Part shown: positions 55,165 to 64,000 of the stretch, piece by piece
Position numbering within the stretch: the first letter of the stretch is position 1
How the letters are laid out: each line of letters starts with the position of its first letter
NCBI GenBank assembly: GCA_963840435.1
Contig: CAWIYY010000015.1
Location: forward strand, 42,105-106,104
Source of the DNA: an uncultured Acidimicrobiaceae bacterium
Lineage (GTDB): Bacteria; Actinomycetota; Acidimicrobiia; Acidimicrobiales; RAAP-2
Direction: 5' to 3'
Length of the DNA: 64,000 nt
Notes under the pieces: generated by a model
What the model was told of the DNA's origin: nothing
The model's database searches: none
The model's input: only the letters and a program-made list of their open reading frames with translations
Position numbers and translations under genes: made by a program

Positions 55165-56817
55165 ATGCCTGGCACCCTGAGGTCCGTGGGAGACCTGTTC
55201 GAGGGCTATGGCGCAGCGGCCCAGGGTCTGACCCAGGCCGCCTTCGACGAAATGGTCGACGGGGCCGGGCAGACCCGGGAGCCCTACTCCGGCGTGGCCG
55301 CCTCACTCGCCCAGATGGGACCCGACGACGTCTCGGCCCGGGCCTCCCGGCTGGCGAGGGCCTTCATGGACCAGGGGGTGACCTTCGACCTCGACGGCGA
55401 GGAGCGACCGTTCCCCCTCGACGTGGCGCCCCGGATCTTCACCGCTTCGGAGTGGTCCAAGGTCTCGGATGGCGTGGCCCAGCGGGTCCGCGCCCTCGAG
55501 CTCTTCCTGGCCGACGTGTACGGGGCGGCCAGGATCGTCAGTGACGGGCTGATCCCCCACGAGATCGTCACGAGCTCGCCTGGGTTCGTCCGCGCCGCCC
55601 ACGGCCTCTCACCGCCGAACGGGGTCCGTATCCACGTCGCCGGGATCGACGTGATCCGCGACGAGGACGGCGAGTTTCGCGTGCTCGAGGACAACCTGCG
55701 CAGCCCCTCCGGCGTGAGCTATGTCCTGGCCAACCGGGCCGCCATGGCCCGCGTCCTGCCCGAGCTCTTCTGGGGCCAGCCCATTCAGATGGTCACCGAC
55801 TACCCGGCCCGCTTGATCAACGCGCTGCGCCGGGCTGCGCCCTCGTCGGTGGCCGACCCGACAGTCGTGGTCCTGACCCCGGGAGTGCACAACTCGGCTT
55901 TCTACGAGCACGCGTTGCTGGCCCGCCTCATGGGCGTGCATCTGGTCGAGGGGCGGGACCTGGTGTGTCACGGCACCGACGTCTTCCTGCGCACGACCGA
56001 GGGCGAGGTGCCCGTCCACGTGATCTACCGGCGGATCGACGACGATTACCTCGATCCACTCCAGTTTCGTCCCGATTCCCTGGTGGGCTGTCCCGGGATC
56101 ATCAACGCGGCGCGGGCCGGTCGTGTCTCCATTGCCAATGGCGTGGGCAATGGGGTCGCCGACGACAAGCTCGTCTACACCTACGTGCCGGCGATGATCC
56201 GCTACTACCTGGGGGAGGAGCCGATCCTCCGGAACGTCGAGACGATGCACCTCCAGGACGATTCGGTGCGCAAGGACGCGCTGGGACGGCGCGAGGAGCT
56301 CGTCTTCAAGCGGGTCGACGGCTCGGGCGGCAAGGGGCTGGTCATCGGCCCGGCCGCCAGCGGGGCCGAGCTCGACGAGCTCGCGCTCGAGGTTGAGGCC
56401 GACCCCCGCCACTGGATCGCCCAGCGGGTGGTGGCGCTCTCGACGTCACCCACCTGGGTCGAGCGCACGATGGTGCGCCGCCACGTCGACTTGCGCCCCT
56501 TCGCGGTCAACGATGGCGAGGACATCTGGGTCCTCCCAGGTGGTCTGACCCGAGTGGCCCTCCAAGAGGGCGGCCTCGTCGTGAACTCGAGCCAAGGAGG
56601 GGGTTCCAAAGACACGTGGGTCGTGGGCGGCGGGCTGACCATGCCTGTCCTGCCCCCGCGCCGCGACGCGCTGCTGGTTGCCGGCCCACCGATGGACGCC
56701 GGCCCACTGCCCGAGTCCGACTTCGGGGTGCAGCAACAACAGCAGCAGCAACAACAACGACAACAGGAGCAGCAGCAGCCCGAGCACCACCTGCCGCGGC
56801 ACGGGTCCGAGCCGTGA
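55165..56817 (+). CDS. circularly permuted ATP-grasp type 2 protein (DUF404/DUF407) with poly-Gln C-terminal tail
   Basis: 550 aa. PFPLDVAPRIF, VLEDNLRSPSGVSYVL and IANGVGNGVADDKLVY are typical of the family. Ends GVQQQQQQQQQRQQEQQQPEHH. Confidence 0.85.
   Translation: MPGTLRSVGDLFEGYGAAAQGLTQAAFDEMVDGAGQTREPYSGVAASLAQMGPDDVSARASRLARAFMDQGVTFDLDGEERPFPLDVAPRIFTASEWSKVSDGVAQRVRALELFLADVYGAARIVSDGLIPHEIVTSSPGFVRAAHGLSPPNGVRIHVAGIDVIRDEDGEFRVLEDNLRSPSGVSYVLANRAAMARVLPELFWGQPIQMVTDYPARLINALRRAAPSSVADPTVVVLTPGVHNSAFYEHALLARLMGVHLVEGRDLVCHGTDVFLRTTEGEVPVHVIYRRIDDDYLDPLQFRPDSLVGCPGIINAARAGRVSIANGVGNGVADDKLVYTYVPAMIRYYLGEEPILRNVETMHLQDDSVRKDALGRREELVFKRVDGSGGKGLVIGPAASGAELDELALEVEADPRHWIAQRVVALSTSPTWVERTMVRRHVDLRPFAVNDGEDIWVLPGGLTRVALQEGGLVVNSSQGGGSKDTWVVGGGLTMPVLPPRRDALLVAGPPMDAGPLPESDFGVQQQQQQQQQRQQEQQQPEHHLPRHGSEP
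56731..56778 (+). repeat. imperfect CAG/CAA trinucleotide tract (16 codons: Q9-R-Q2-E-Q3)
   Basis: cagcaacaacagcagcagcaacaacaacgacaacaggagcagcagcag, in frame at the 3' end of the ATP-grasp gene. Confidence 0.9.
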
Positions 56818-57758
56818 CCCGGGCCCTGCTGAGCCGGGTGGCCGAGAACATCTTCTGGGTCGGCCGCTATGTGGAACGGGCCGAGGGCACCGCCCGCATC
56901 CTCGACGTCTCGGTGTACCAGGCCCTGGAGCAGAGCGACGTCGAGGGATCGAACGCGGCCCGCAGGTTGCTCGCCGTCATGGGCCTGCCCGACAGCGGTA
57001 CCGAGACGCTCTGGCAGGCGACCGAGCGCCTGGCCACAGACCCGAACCAGCGCACGTCCATCGCCGGCGCGCTCGCTGCGGCACGCGAGAACACCAGGGC
57101 CGTCCGCCATGTCGTGCCGGTCGAGTTCTGGGAGCACATCAACGCCACCTGGTCCCAGCTGGCCCAGCAGTGGGAGGTGAGCCGGGTGGCCGGACCCGCC
57201 CTGTATCTGTCGTTCGTCAAGACGCAGTGCGCCGGGATGATGGGCCTGGCCGACACCATGATGAGCCGCGACCAGACGTGGCTGTTCTTCACCCTGGGCC
57301 GCTGCCTCGAGCGGACCGACGTCGTGGCTCGCCAGCTGACCACGGTCGCCTTCGACGAGGTCCACGACAGTGGCCTGGTCATGCTGCTGCGCTCATGTGG
57401 CGGCTACGAGCCGTACCTGCGCCTGTCCCAGGGCGTGGTCGAGCCAGGCCGCGTGCTCGACTTCCTCCTGCGCGACCGCCTGTTCCCCCGCTCGGCCTTC
57501 GCGTCGCTCACCCTGGCCGAGGAGTGTCTCGACCAGATCAACGCCGGACGCGACGAAACATGGGAGGACGCCCGCGGCCTGGTTGGCTTGGCCCGGGCCG
57601 AGCTGGAGTACTCCGCCCCGGCCACCCTTGCCCGGGGGCTCGAAGCCCGGCTCGAGCGCCTGCAATCCGCCATCTCGTCCGTGTCCGACGCGGTGACGGC
57701 GCGGTACTTCGCCCAGGACCTGCCCACGCAGTGGCGCAGCGGGGGAGTGGTGGTGTGA
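56814..57758 (+). CDS. alpha-E domain protein (DUF403)
   Basis: GTG 56814 overlaps the upstream stop. LLSRVAENIFWVGRYVERAE is the hallmark N-terminus of alpha-E proteins. Confidence 0.85.
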   Translation: MTRALLSRVAENIFWVGRYVERAEGTARILDVSVYQALEQSDVEGSNAARRLLAVMGLPDSGTETLWQATERLATDPNQRTSIAGALAAARENTRAVRHVVPVEFWEHINATWSQLAQQWEVSRVAGPALYLSFVKTQCAGMMGLADTMMSRDQTWLFFTLGRCLERTDVVARQLTTVAFDEVHDSGLVMLLRSCGGYEPYLRLSQGVVEPGRVLDFLLRDRLFPRSAFASLTLAEECLDQINAGRDETWEDARGLVGLARAELEYSAPATLARGLEARLERLQSAISSVSDAVTARYFAQDLPTQWRSGGVVV

Positions 57759-58597
57759 TCCGGTCCGAAGGGTGGCGTCTTCGGGTGGTCCACGAGACGC
57801 GCTTCGACTACGACTCACCGGCCCGGGCCTCCTACAACGAGCTTCGCCTCACCCCGCGCACCGAGCTCCGCCAGACCGCGCTCGAGACGAGGATCCTCAC
57901 GACGCCCGGCGCCCAGCAGTACTCCTACGTGGACTACTGGGGAACCCATGTCGTGGCGTTCAACGTCGACCGTCGCCACGAGGTCCTCTCCATCACCGGC
58001 AACGCCTTGGTCGACACCCAGACGTCGGAGCCACCGGACGACTGCAGCTGGGACGAGGTCGGCGACGCCGCGCTGACCATGGCAGACCATCTCGCGCACA
58101 AGCTCTACACCCAGCCCAGCCCCGAATTGGCTGCGATCGCAGCAGAGCTGCGCAGGGCGCGACCGCTGGAAACGGCGCGGGCCGTGTTCGACTACACCAA
58201 CGCCGCGTTGCGCTACGTGCGCGGCGTTACCGGCGTGCACACGTCGGCCAACGAGGCCTATGCCGACGGTGCCGGAGTGTGCCAGGACTTCGCCCATCTC
58301 TCCCTCGCTCTGACCAGATCCGTCGGCCTGCCCAGTCGCTATGTCTCGGGGTACTTCCACCCCGACCGTGACGCAGCCATCGGTGAGGAGGTCTCGGGCG
58401 AGAGCCACGCCTGGGTGGAGGTCTGGACCGGAAGGTGGTGGGGCTACGACCCCACCAACGGTCTCGAGGTTGGTGAGCGCCACGTCGCGATCGGCCGCGG
58501 CCGCGACTACTCCGACGTGCCGCCGGTCAAGGGGATCTACGCGGGCAACGCGGAGAACGCCATGCGAGTGGCGGTGCGCATGACACGGACACACTGA
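57755..58597 (+). CDS. transglutaminase-like cysteine protease-fold protein
   Basis: Start taken as the GTG overlapping the alpha-E stop (VIRSEGWRLRVVHETRFDY). GAGVCQDFAHL (catalytic Cys), SHAWVEVW (His) and GYDPTNG (Asp). Confidence 0.85.
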   Translation: MIRSEGWRLRVVHETRFDYDSPARASYNELRLTPRTELRQTALETRILTTPGAQQYSYVDYWGTHVVAFNVDRRHEVLSITGNALVDTQTSEPPDDCSWDEVGDAALTMADHLAHKLYTQPSPELAAIAAELRRARPLETARAVFDYTNAALRYVRGVTGVHTSANEAYADGAGVCQDFAHLSLALTRSVGLPSRYVSGYFHPDRDAAIGEEVSGESHAWVEVWTGRWWGYDPTNGLEVGERHVAIGRGRDYSDVPPVKGIYAGNAENAMRVAVRMTRTH

Positions 58598-58598
58598 C

Positions 58599-59258
58599 GT
58601 GTTGACCCGGATACGTATCTGGCTGCCCGACGCGCCAGGTGTCCTGGGTGCCGTTGCCGCGGAGATCGGCGCCGTGCAGGGCAACGTCGTCGGTCTCGAC
58701 GTGCTCGAGCGCGAGGCAGGTGTGGCCATCGACGAGCTCGTCGTGGAGTTACCCGACGAGGCTGGCGCCGTCGACGCCGTCTGCCGAGGGGTGCGCAACG
58801 TGCCCGGAGTGGGGGTGGAGGAGGTCACGGAGCTCTTCACCGAGGCACCCGATCGAGAGGACACGGTGCTGACCGCGGCCACCGCCATCGTGGCTGCAGG
58901 CACGCCCATCGCCGCTCTTGATGCGCTCACCGGCCGCCTGATGGCGCTCTTCGACCTGTCCTGGCTGGCCCTGGCCGACGAGGAGTGGCGAGGCTACGTG
59001 GAGACGCACGGCCCCGACGTTCCCTCGGTCCAGTGGGTGGCAGCGTTCGCCGAGGGGTCGCGCAGCGGATCCGATCCGGCCAATGACACCATCCGATCGG
59101 GGGTGTTCGTCGAACCGATCACTGACGCCGGACTCGCGGTCTGCGGCGGCCGGCCCGCGGCCATCCGGCGTCGAGAGCGGCGCGAGATCGCCATGTTGGT
59201 CATGGTGGCGGCCCGCTTCGTGCTGGCCCTGGGCGGGGAAGGTCGGAGCACGGTCTGA
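58599..59258 (+). CDS. hypothetical protein with ACT-like N-terminal domain
   Basis: RIRIWLPDAPGVLGAVAAEIGAVQGNVVGLDVLE resembles an ACT beta-alpha-beta start. It begins 2 nt after the transglutaminase stop. Confidence 0.45.
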   Translation: MLTRIRIWLPDAPGVLGAVAAEIGAVQGNVVGLDVLEREAGVAIDELVVELPDEAGAVDAVCRGVRNVPGVGVEEVTELFTEAPDREDTVLTAATAIVAAGTPIAALDALTGRLMALFDLSWLALADEEWRGYVETHGPDVPSVQWVAAFAEGSRSGSDPANDTIRSGVFVEPITDAGLAVCGGRPAAIRRRERREIAMLVMVAARFVLALGGEGRSTV

Positions 59259-59291
59259 CGACGCCGGCGCCCCCCAGTACTGTCCCGGGTC

Positions 59292-60350
59292 ATGGTGCGC
59301 ATCGGGTTCGTAGGGTCTGGGCTCATCGCGTGGGCCCACGCTCTCGGACTCAAGGCGATGATCGACGGGGGTGTGGTCGACGCGTCCATCGTGACGGTCC
59401 ATGATCCGCGGGAGCGCCAGGCCCAGCGCTTTCTCGACGTCGTCGGGGCGGATGGCGCCCGGTTGGCGGCCGATGCCGCGGAGGTGGCCGAACTGGCCGA
59501 CGTGGTCTGGGTCTGCACGCCGACCTCGTCCCACCGTCAGGCCCTCGATGCCGCCCTCGCCGCCGGCCGGCCCGTGTTCTGCGAGAAGCCGCTCGACCGC
59601 GATCTGGCCGGCGCGCGGTCGATGGCTGAGTCCGCGGCGACCACGGGTCTGGCCACCCAGTGCGGCCTGGTCCTGCGCAGCGCCCCCGTGTTCCGTGCCC
59701 TGCGCGACCTCGTGGCCGGCGGGACGCTGGGGGCGCCCATGGCGGCCATCTTTCGGGACGACCAGTTCTTCCCCATCCAAGGCCACTACGCCTCCACTTG
59801 GCGCTCTGATCTGGAGCAGGCGGGCGGCGGCTGCCTGATTGAGCACTCCATCCACGATGTCGACATCTTGCGCTACTGCTTCGGAGAGGTTCGCCAGGTC
59901 TCGGCCCGAACCGCCAACTTCGCCGGGTACGAGGGGATCGAGGACCTGGCCGCCGTCATCATGAGTTTCGAGTCGGGCTTCGAGGCGCAGCTCACGAGCG
60001 TGTGGCACAACATCTTGAGCCGGGGCTCCACCCGCCGCATCGAGGTCTTCTTCCGCGACGCCATGGTCTGGCTCGACGATGAGTTCCGTGGGCCTTTGCA
60101 CATGCAGACCGGAGACGGCGCCGTGGTGCGCGCCTGCCCTTCACCGGAATGGGTCGATGCCCTGCCGCTCCCCGACGACGAGGTGGGCCTGGCCCTGCGG
60201 TCCTACGTCGAGGCCGACCGAGCCTTCGTCGACGCCGTCACTGCAGGCACCGCACCGGAGCCGAGTATGGCCGAGGCGGTGGAGGCGCACCGCCTGGTGG
60301 ACGCCGCCTACCGTTCCGCCGCGGGCGGAGCACCCGTGTTGCTCGACTGA
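59292..60350 (+). CDS. Gfo/Idh/MocA-family oxidoreductase
   Basis: VRIGFVGSGLIAWAHA Rossmann motif and VFCEKPL motif. Confidence 0.85.
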   Translation: MVRIGFVGSGLIAWAHALGLKAMIDGGVVDASIVTVHDPRERQAQRFLDVVGADGARLAADAAEVAELADVVWVCTPTSSHRQALDAALAAGRPVFCEKPLDRDLAGARSMAESAATTGLATQCGLVLRSAPVFRALRDLVAGGTLGAPMAAIFRDDQFFPIQGHYASTWRSDLEQAGGGCLIEHSIHDVDILRYCFGEVRQVSARTANFAGYEGIEDLAAVIMSFESGFEAQLTSVWHNILSRGSTRRIEVFFRDAMVWLDDEFRGPLHMQTGDGAVVRACPSPEWVDALPLPDDEVGLALRSYVEADRAFVDAVTAGTAPEPSMAEAVEAHRLVDAAYRSAAGGAPVLLD

Positions 60351-60456
60351 CGTCTCCGCCGAGACATCGGTCGACCGTGTCGTGCCCTCACGATCATCGG
60401 GCCGCACAGTTGCGCCCCGCGCAGACTGGCCGTCTCGGTCTCTAGTGTCTGAGGTC

Positions 60457-60969
60457 ATGGACACCGTGGCCCTGTTGCAAGAGATCTATGGACGGGTGCC
60501 CCCGCTCGTTGCCGATGCAGTGGAGGGACTCGACGCCGCCCAGCTGGCCTGGGCTCCATCGCCGGAATCCAACTCGATCGGGTGGTTGGTCTGGCACCTG
60601 ACCCGGATTCAGGACCATCACGTCGCCGAGCTGCTCGAGTCGGATCAGATCTGGGTCGCCGGGGACTGGGCACCCCGGTGCGGGCTCGAGCCTGATCCCT
60701 CCAACACCGGGTACGGGCACACGGCCGCCGAGGTCCACTCCGTCCGTCCCGATGGGCCCGAAGTACTGGTCGACTACCTGCGAGCGGTCGATGCCCGGAC
60801 CACCGGCTTTCTCGAGGGTCTGACCGAGGCCGACCTGGAGCGGGTGGTGGACCGGCGCTGGACGCCACCCGTGACCCTCGGTGTTCGGCTGGTGAGCGTG
60901 GCCGACGACTGTCTCCAGCATGTCGGGCAGGCGGCCTACGTCCGCGGCCTGCTATTGGGGAACGGCTGA
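60457..60969 (+). CDS. DinB-family (DUF664/mycothiol-dependent-enzyme-like) protein
   Basis: ATG 60457. AEGLDAAQLAWAP...NSIGWLVWHLTRIQDHH is the DinB helix-bundle His motif. Confidence 0.75.
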   Translation: MDTVALLQEIYGRVPPLVADAVEGLDAAQLAWAPSPESNSIGWLVWHLTRIQDHHVAELLESDQIWVAGDWAPRCGLEPDPSNTGYGHTAAEVHSVRPDGPEVLVDYLRAVDARTTGFLEGLTEADLERVVDRRWTPPVTLGVRLVSVADDCLQHVGQAAYVRGLLLGNG

Positions 60970-61017
60970 TGCGCGATCCCGGATCTCCCAGCGGCAAAGA
61001 CGAGGTGCCGGACTGGT

Positions 61018-61842
61018 TCAGAGAGGTTTCGTGGGCATGCGCACGTATTCGACGTGCTGGTGGACGGTCTCGTACCCCAGCCTGAGGTAGATCGGGGCGC
61101 CCATCGGAGACGCTTGGAGCGACACCGACGAGGCCCCGCGGCTGAAGGCCAGGTTCGTGACCCAGACCGTGACCAGTGCGCCGAGTCCCGAGGTGCGCGC
61201 CCCGGGTCGGGTGCCGACCCACTGCACGGTGGCGGCGCCGTCGCTCTCGTAGACCAGTGCGGTGGCGACCGGCTCGCTCTCGTTCGAGGCGAGCACGATG
61301 TGGACCGCAGGATCCTCCAGGACGGCGTCCGGATTGTCGAAGAGCTCTGGGTGCACCTCGGCTGGCATGCCGTAGGTGGCATAGGCAGCCGAGTTCACCT
61401 CCGCGAACTGCCGCACGCCTTCCGGGTCCTCGACCTGGTGGAGCACGATGCCCGGCGGTGCCGGCTGCACGGGCAGAGGTCCGCCACAGACCATGTCTGG
61501 CGTGTCCGACCCGAAGAGCTCGAGTCCCGCCGCCAGGCAGGCGGCACGCAGGTCCTCGTCCTCGCCGTTGTCGCGTACCGACACGGTGTAGCCCCGCCCG
61601 AGAGCGCTGAAGAAAGCGTCGGCCCGCTCAACCAGCTCTCTGGGTGACACGTCGGGCTCTCGGCGAAACGCCGAGTTGGCAATCATCGGGATCCACGTGC
61701 CGCCTGCGCACAGCACAATGCCGTCGCGATCTTCGAGCGAGCCCGCGGTACTGAAACGCGTCAGCGCCCGGCTGTAGGCAATCAGCGTGCGGTGGACGAG
61801 CTCCACGTGGTTTCCCGAGTGGACGTCGAGCCCGTCGGTCAT
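61018..61842 (-). CDS. GNAT-family acetyltransferase
   Basis: Start set to ATG 61842. VQWVGTRPGARTSGLGALV (R/QxxGxG/A) followed by YLRLGY. Confidence 0.65.
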   Translation of the reverse strand: MTDGLDVHSGNHVELVHRTLIAYSRALTRFSTAGSLEDRDGIVLCAGGTWIPMIANSAFRREPDVSPRELVERADAFFSALGRGYTVSVRDNGEDEDLRAACLAAGLELFGSDTPDMVCGGPLPVQPAPPGIVLHQVEDPEGVRQFAEVNSAAYATYGMPAEVHPELFDNPDAVLEDPAVHIVLASNESEPVATALVYESDGAATVQWVGTRPGARTSGLGALVTVWVTNLAFSRGASSVSLQASPMGAPIYLRLGYETVHQHVEYVRMPTKPL

Positions 61843-62172
61843 CACGCAATAGTGACGTGTCCGAGCTGTTCCGGACCAATCAGGCGGACGCCAGGTGGCA
61901 TTCCAACGGGTCCGGCGACGTGGCCCGGTTCCTCGCTCTCCAGGCATGGACGTCGAAGGCCGAGTGAGGCGTCATGGCCGCCCCGGATTTCGTTGAAGAA
62001 CAGCCATGAGCCCGAGTCGGAGACGCCCGCCGTGGATTTGTGGTCGATCCCGGCGACGCTTTTGGGATTCCAGTTGGGCCCGTCGAGTGCCACGTCTTCG
62101 AAGCACGCAACTGCCACGGGCTTGGCCGGTCGGTTGCAGCGAGCAAGCAGTGTGCGGTCCGAGCCGCCGAGC

Positions 62173-62649
62173 TCAGCGGATCTCGAACACCGGGTGCTTC
62201 GGCGCAACCGCCGCCCACTCCTCGTCAGTGGCGTCCGGGGTGATGCCGTCGAAGAACATGCCCACCTCGAACTTCCACTTGCGCAGGTAGGCCCGGAGCA
62301 CCGGCACGGCCTCGGCCGGTGGGATCTCGGTCGCCCGGCAGATCTGGCGCCGCCGCCCCAGGATCAACACCATGTGCCCGTCGGAGTGGCGCACGTTGCG
62401 CACCCACTGGGTCTCGCCCCGGGGCGACACCAGGTACTGGGTTCCGTTCAGGTTCAACAGGTTGACCGGGGTGTGATGCAGATCGCCGCTGGTCCGACCC
62501 CGGTGCTCGAGCACCCGGGAGCCCAGGACGCTCACGCCCAGCCGGGTCAGGCCGGCCACCACGTTGTTGAAGATGTGCGTGGTGAACCAGTCCGGGCGCT
62601 TGTAGTGGGCCGCAGCCGGCGTCTCGAGGGCGATGGTGTTGGTGCTCAT
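62173..62649 (-). CDS. deazaflavin (F420)-dependent nitroreductase family (DDN-like) protein
   Basis: Start set to ATG 62649. HRGRTSGDLHHTPVNLL..YLVSPRGETQWVRNV is typical of the DDN/PNPOx-like family. Confidence 0.75.
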   Translation of the reverse strand: MSTNTIALETPAAAHYKRPDWFTTHIFNNVVAGLTRLGVSVLGSRVLEHRGRTSGDLHHTPVNLLNLNGTQYLVSPRGETQWVRNVRHSDGHMVLILGRRRQICRATEIPPAEAVPVLRAYLRKWKFEVGMFFDGITPDATDEEWAAVAPKHPVFEIR

Positions 62650-62666
62650 GATGACCTCCTCGGTGT

Positions 62667-62737
62667 TGTTCTCCATGAACATTGATCTTAAGAGTGAACA
62701 TTGTTCTTGTCAAGTACTTGTGTTCTCCATTGAGAAC
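62667..62737. promoter_or_regulatory. three palindromes built on GAACA/TGTTC (GAGAAC/GTTCTC) half-sites; candidate TetR operators
   Basis: TGTTCtccatGAACA (62667-62681), GAACAtTGTTC (62696-62706) and GTTCTCcattGAGAAC (62722-62737), in the 104-nt divergent region between the DDN-like and TetR genes. Confidence 0.6.
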
Positions 62738-62753
62738 GTCCACACTGGGAGGC

Positions 62754-63467
62754 ATGCCGGCAGCGTCCGCACCACGTACGGCCCGGGCCCGGGTCCGGGA
62801 GGAGATGACGGGGGAGATCCTGTCCATGGCCCGGGAACAGTTGGCCCGCGACGGCGCCGCCGCCCTGTCGCTGCGCTCCATCGCCCGGGACCTGGGTATG
62901 GCTCCCTCGGCCCTCTACCGGTACTTCGACGGGCGTGACGCCCTCCTCAGCGCCCTCATCCTGGCCGCCTACGAGTCCCTGGCCCAGTGCGCCGAAGAGG
63001 GGGCCCAGCGCGCCGCGAGCAGCGGAGGATCCGACATCGAGCGGTTCGCGCTGGTGCCCGGGGCCATCCGGCGCTGGGCGCTGGCCCGCCCCCACGAGTG
63101 GGGCCTCCTCTTCGGGACGCCCGTGCCCGGGTACGAGGCACCCGAGGACACGGTCGCCCCCTACGCCCGGACGGCCGCCGCCATGGTGCGCCCGGTCGTC
63201 GAGGCCAGGCACGCCGGGCGTCTCCGCCCGTCCAGGCCCGGTGGAGCGGTCTCCACAGAGCTGGCGCAGGCCCTGGACCCCATCACCGAGGGCCTCTTCC
63301 CCGGCATGCCGGCGGAGACGGTCCTGCTGGTGGCCCAGGCCTGGTCCACCACGATCGGCGCCATCAGCCTCGAGGTGTTCGGGCACTGGCGCGGCACCAT
63401 CCTCGACCCCGGCCTGTACTTCGAACGCACCATCGCCGACATCGCCGTCTCCGTCGGCCTCAGCTGA
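62754..63467 (+). CDS. TetR-family transcriptional regulator
   Basis: ILSMAREQLARDGAAALSLRSIARDLGMAPSALYRYF is the TetR HTH. Start uncertain, because GGGAGG lies only 1 nt before ATG 62754. Confidence 0.85.
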   Translation: MPAASAPRTARARVREEMTGEILSMAREQLARDGAAALSLRSIARDLGMAPSALYRYFDGRDALLSALILAAYESLAQCAEEGAQRAASSGGSDIERFALVPGAIRRWALARPHEWGLLFGTPVPGYEAPEDTVAPYARTAAAMVRPVVEARHAGRLRPSRPGGAVSTELAQALDPITEGLFPGMPAETVLLVAQAWSTTIGAISLEVFGHWRGTILDPGLYFERTIADIAVSVGLS

Positions 63468-63486
63468 TCCGTTCGCCGGATCCGAT

Positions 63487-63801
63487 TCAGCGCAGCCGGG
63501 CCCGCAACGAATCCACCTGGGCCTCGAACGCTTCGTACTCGGTGGCGGTGAGCGTGTCCTTCAGCGCGACGAGCAGGCCCCCGACCAGGGCGACCACGTC
63601 GGCCAGCTCCTGGCTGGGCTCCTGCATCCGGATCTGGGAGAAGGGGAGTGCGATGGCGACCCGGCTGGTCGGACCTGCCGACGGTGCCGCCACCTGGGCG
63701 TCGCCCTTGTGCGTGCCCTTCGCCTTCTTCCCGGGCTTGTCCGGCTTGCCGCGCTTGCCGGATCCCTCGGGCTTCGGCAGCGGTGACATGGCGGTCGACA
63801 C
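63487..63801 (-). CDS. hypothetical protein (Lys-rich N-terminus, helical C-terminus)
   Basis: 104-aa ORF in a high GC3 frame. No recognisable motif. Confidence 0.35.
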   Translation of the reverse strand: MSTAMSPLPKPEGSGKRGKPDKPGKKAKGTHKGDAQVAAPSAGPTSRVAIALPFSQIRMQEPSQELADVVALVGGLLVALKDTLTATEYEAFEAQVDSLRARLR

Positions 63802-63814
63802 GCGGACGGGCAGC

Positions 63815-63997
63815 TCAGCCCAGGACGGGCAGCTTCACCTCGATGCCGTTGTGGGCCAGGAAGGCCAGCTTGTGCTCGAGGGCGTGCTGCCAATCGACCA
63901 TGTCCTTGTCGAACTGCGTGCGATCGCCTTCTTCGCACGCGTGCTCGAGCTCGTCGAACGCGAGGTCTTCGGCGTCCAACAGGCTGCGGTACTTCAA
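63815..63997 (-). CDS. hypothetical protein, probably 5'-truncated by the window edge
   Basis: The frame is open to the window end, the sequence is acidic and helical, and the stop lies 13 nt upstream of the next minus-strand ORF. Confidence 0.3.
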   Translation of the reverse strand: MKYRSLLDAEDLAFDELEHACEEGDRTQFDKDMVDWQHALEHKLAFLAHNGIEVKLPVLG

Positions 63998-64000
63998 AAG

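Noticed and set aside
56678-57754. 5' 359 codons of the 639-aa track ORF 56678-58597
   Set aside because: This part runs out of frame across the alpha-E gene and is Arg/Pro-rich. Transglutaminase homology starts only at VIRSEGWRL, so the start was moved to 57755.
63487-64000. Two small adjacent minus-strand ORFs considered as a toxin-antitoxin or other two-gene module
   Set aside because: There are no recognisable toxin, antitoxin or HTH motifs, and the upstream ORF is cut by the window edge. The evidence is insufficient.

Overview
High-GC chromosomal segment, most likely Actinomycetota. Supporting signs are a class-E-sortase-type fold, a DDN/F420-type nitroreductase, a DinB-type protein, and many GTGA/ATGA overlapping gene junctions. 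I call about 54 protein genes. I recognised no rRNA, tRNA, CRISPR array, transposase, integrase or obvious defence nuclease. Layout: (1) 1-6536, one-carbon/purine operon: purN', sulfotransferase, purN::sulfotransferase fusion, purH, folD, cupin, metF. (2) 6781-23914, surface-glycan locus I: beta-helix protein, GT2, Wzz/BY-kinase-like protein, PglF/CapD-type dehydratase, sugar dehydrogenase, epimerase, DegT aminotransferase, GNAT, WecA-type priming transferase and three sulfotransferase domains. (3) 24326-26125, secreted Ig-repeat protein. (4) 26278-37461, pstC-pstA-pstB, then a C-terminally anchored PstS, a 906-aa PstS-related surface protein, a sortase homolog lacking both catalytic residues, a lipoprotein, and a third PstS-superfamily protein. 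(5) 37697-42508, hypothetical protein, membrane-anchored GH18, lipoprotein, methyltransferase. (6) 42528-52440, glycan locus II: GT4 remnant, AsnB-type amidotransferase, sulfotransferase, polytopic membrane protein, anchored beta-helix protein, two GT4 genes. (7) icd and mdh. (8) 55165-59258, circularly permuted ATP-grasp / alpha-E / transglutaminase operon; the ATP-grasp carries a poly-Gln tail. (9) Oxidoreductase, DinB, GNAT, and a TetR/DDN divergent pair. The candidate new biology is a possibly phosphate-responsive envelope module. PHO-box-like 11-nt direct repeats lie upstream of glycan genes rich in sulfotransferases, next to an atypical pst operon with a pseudo-sortase. All functional calls come from manual motif reading without database searches, and start codons are often uncertain.
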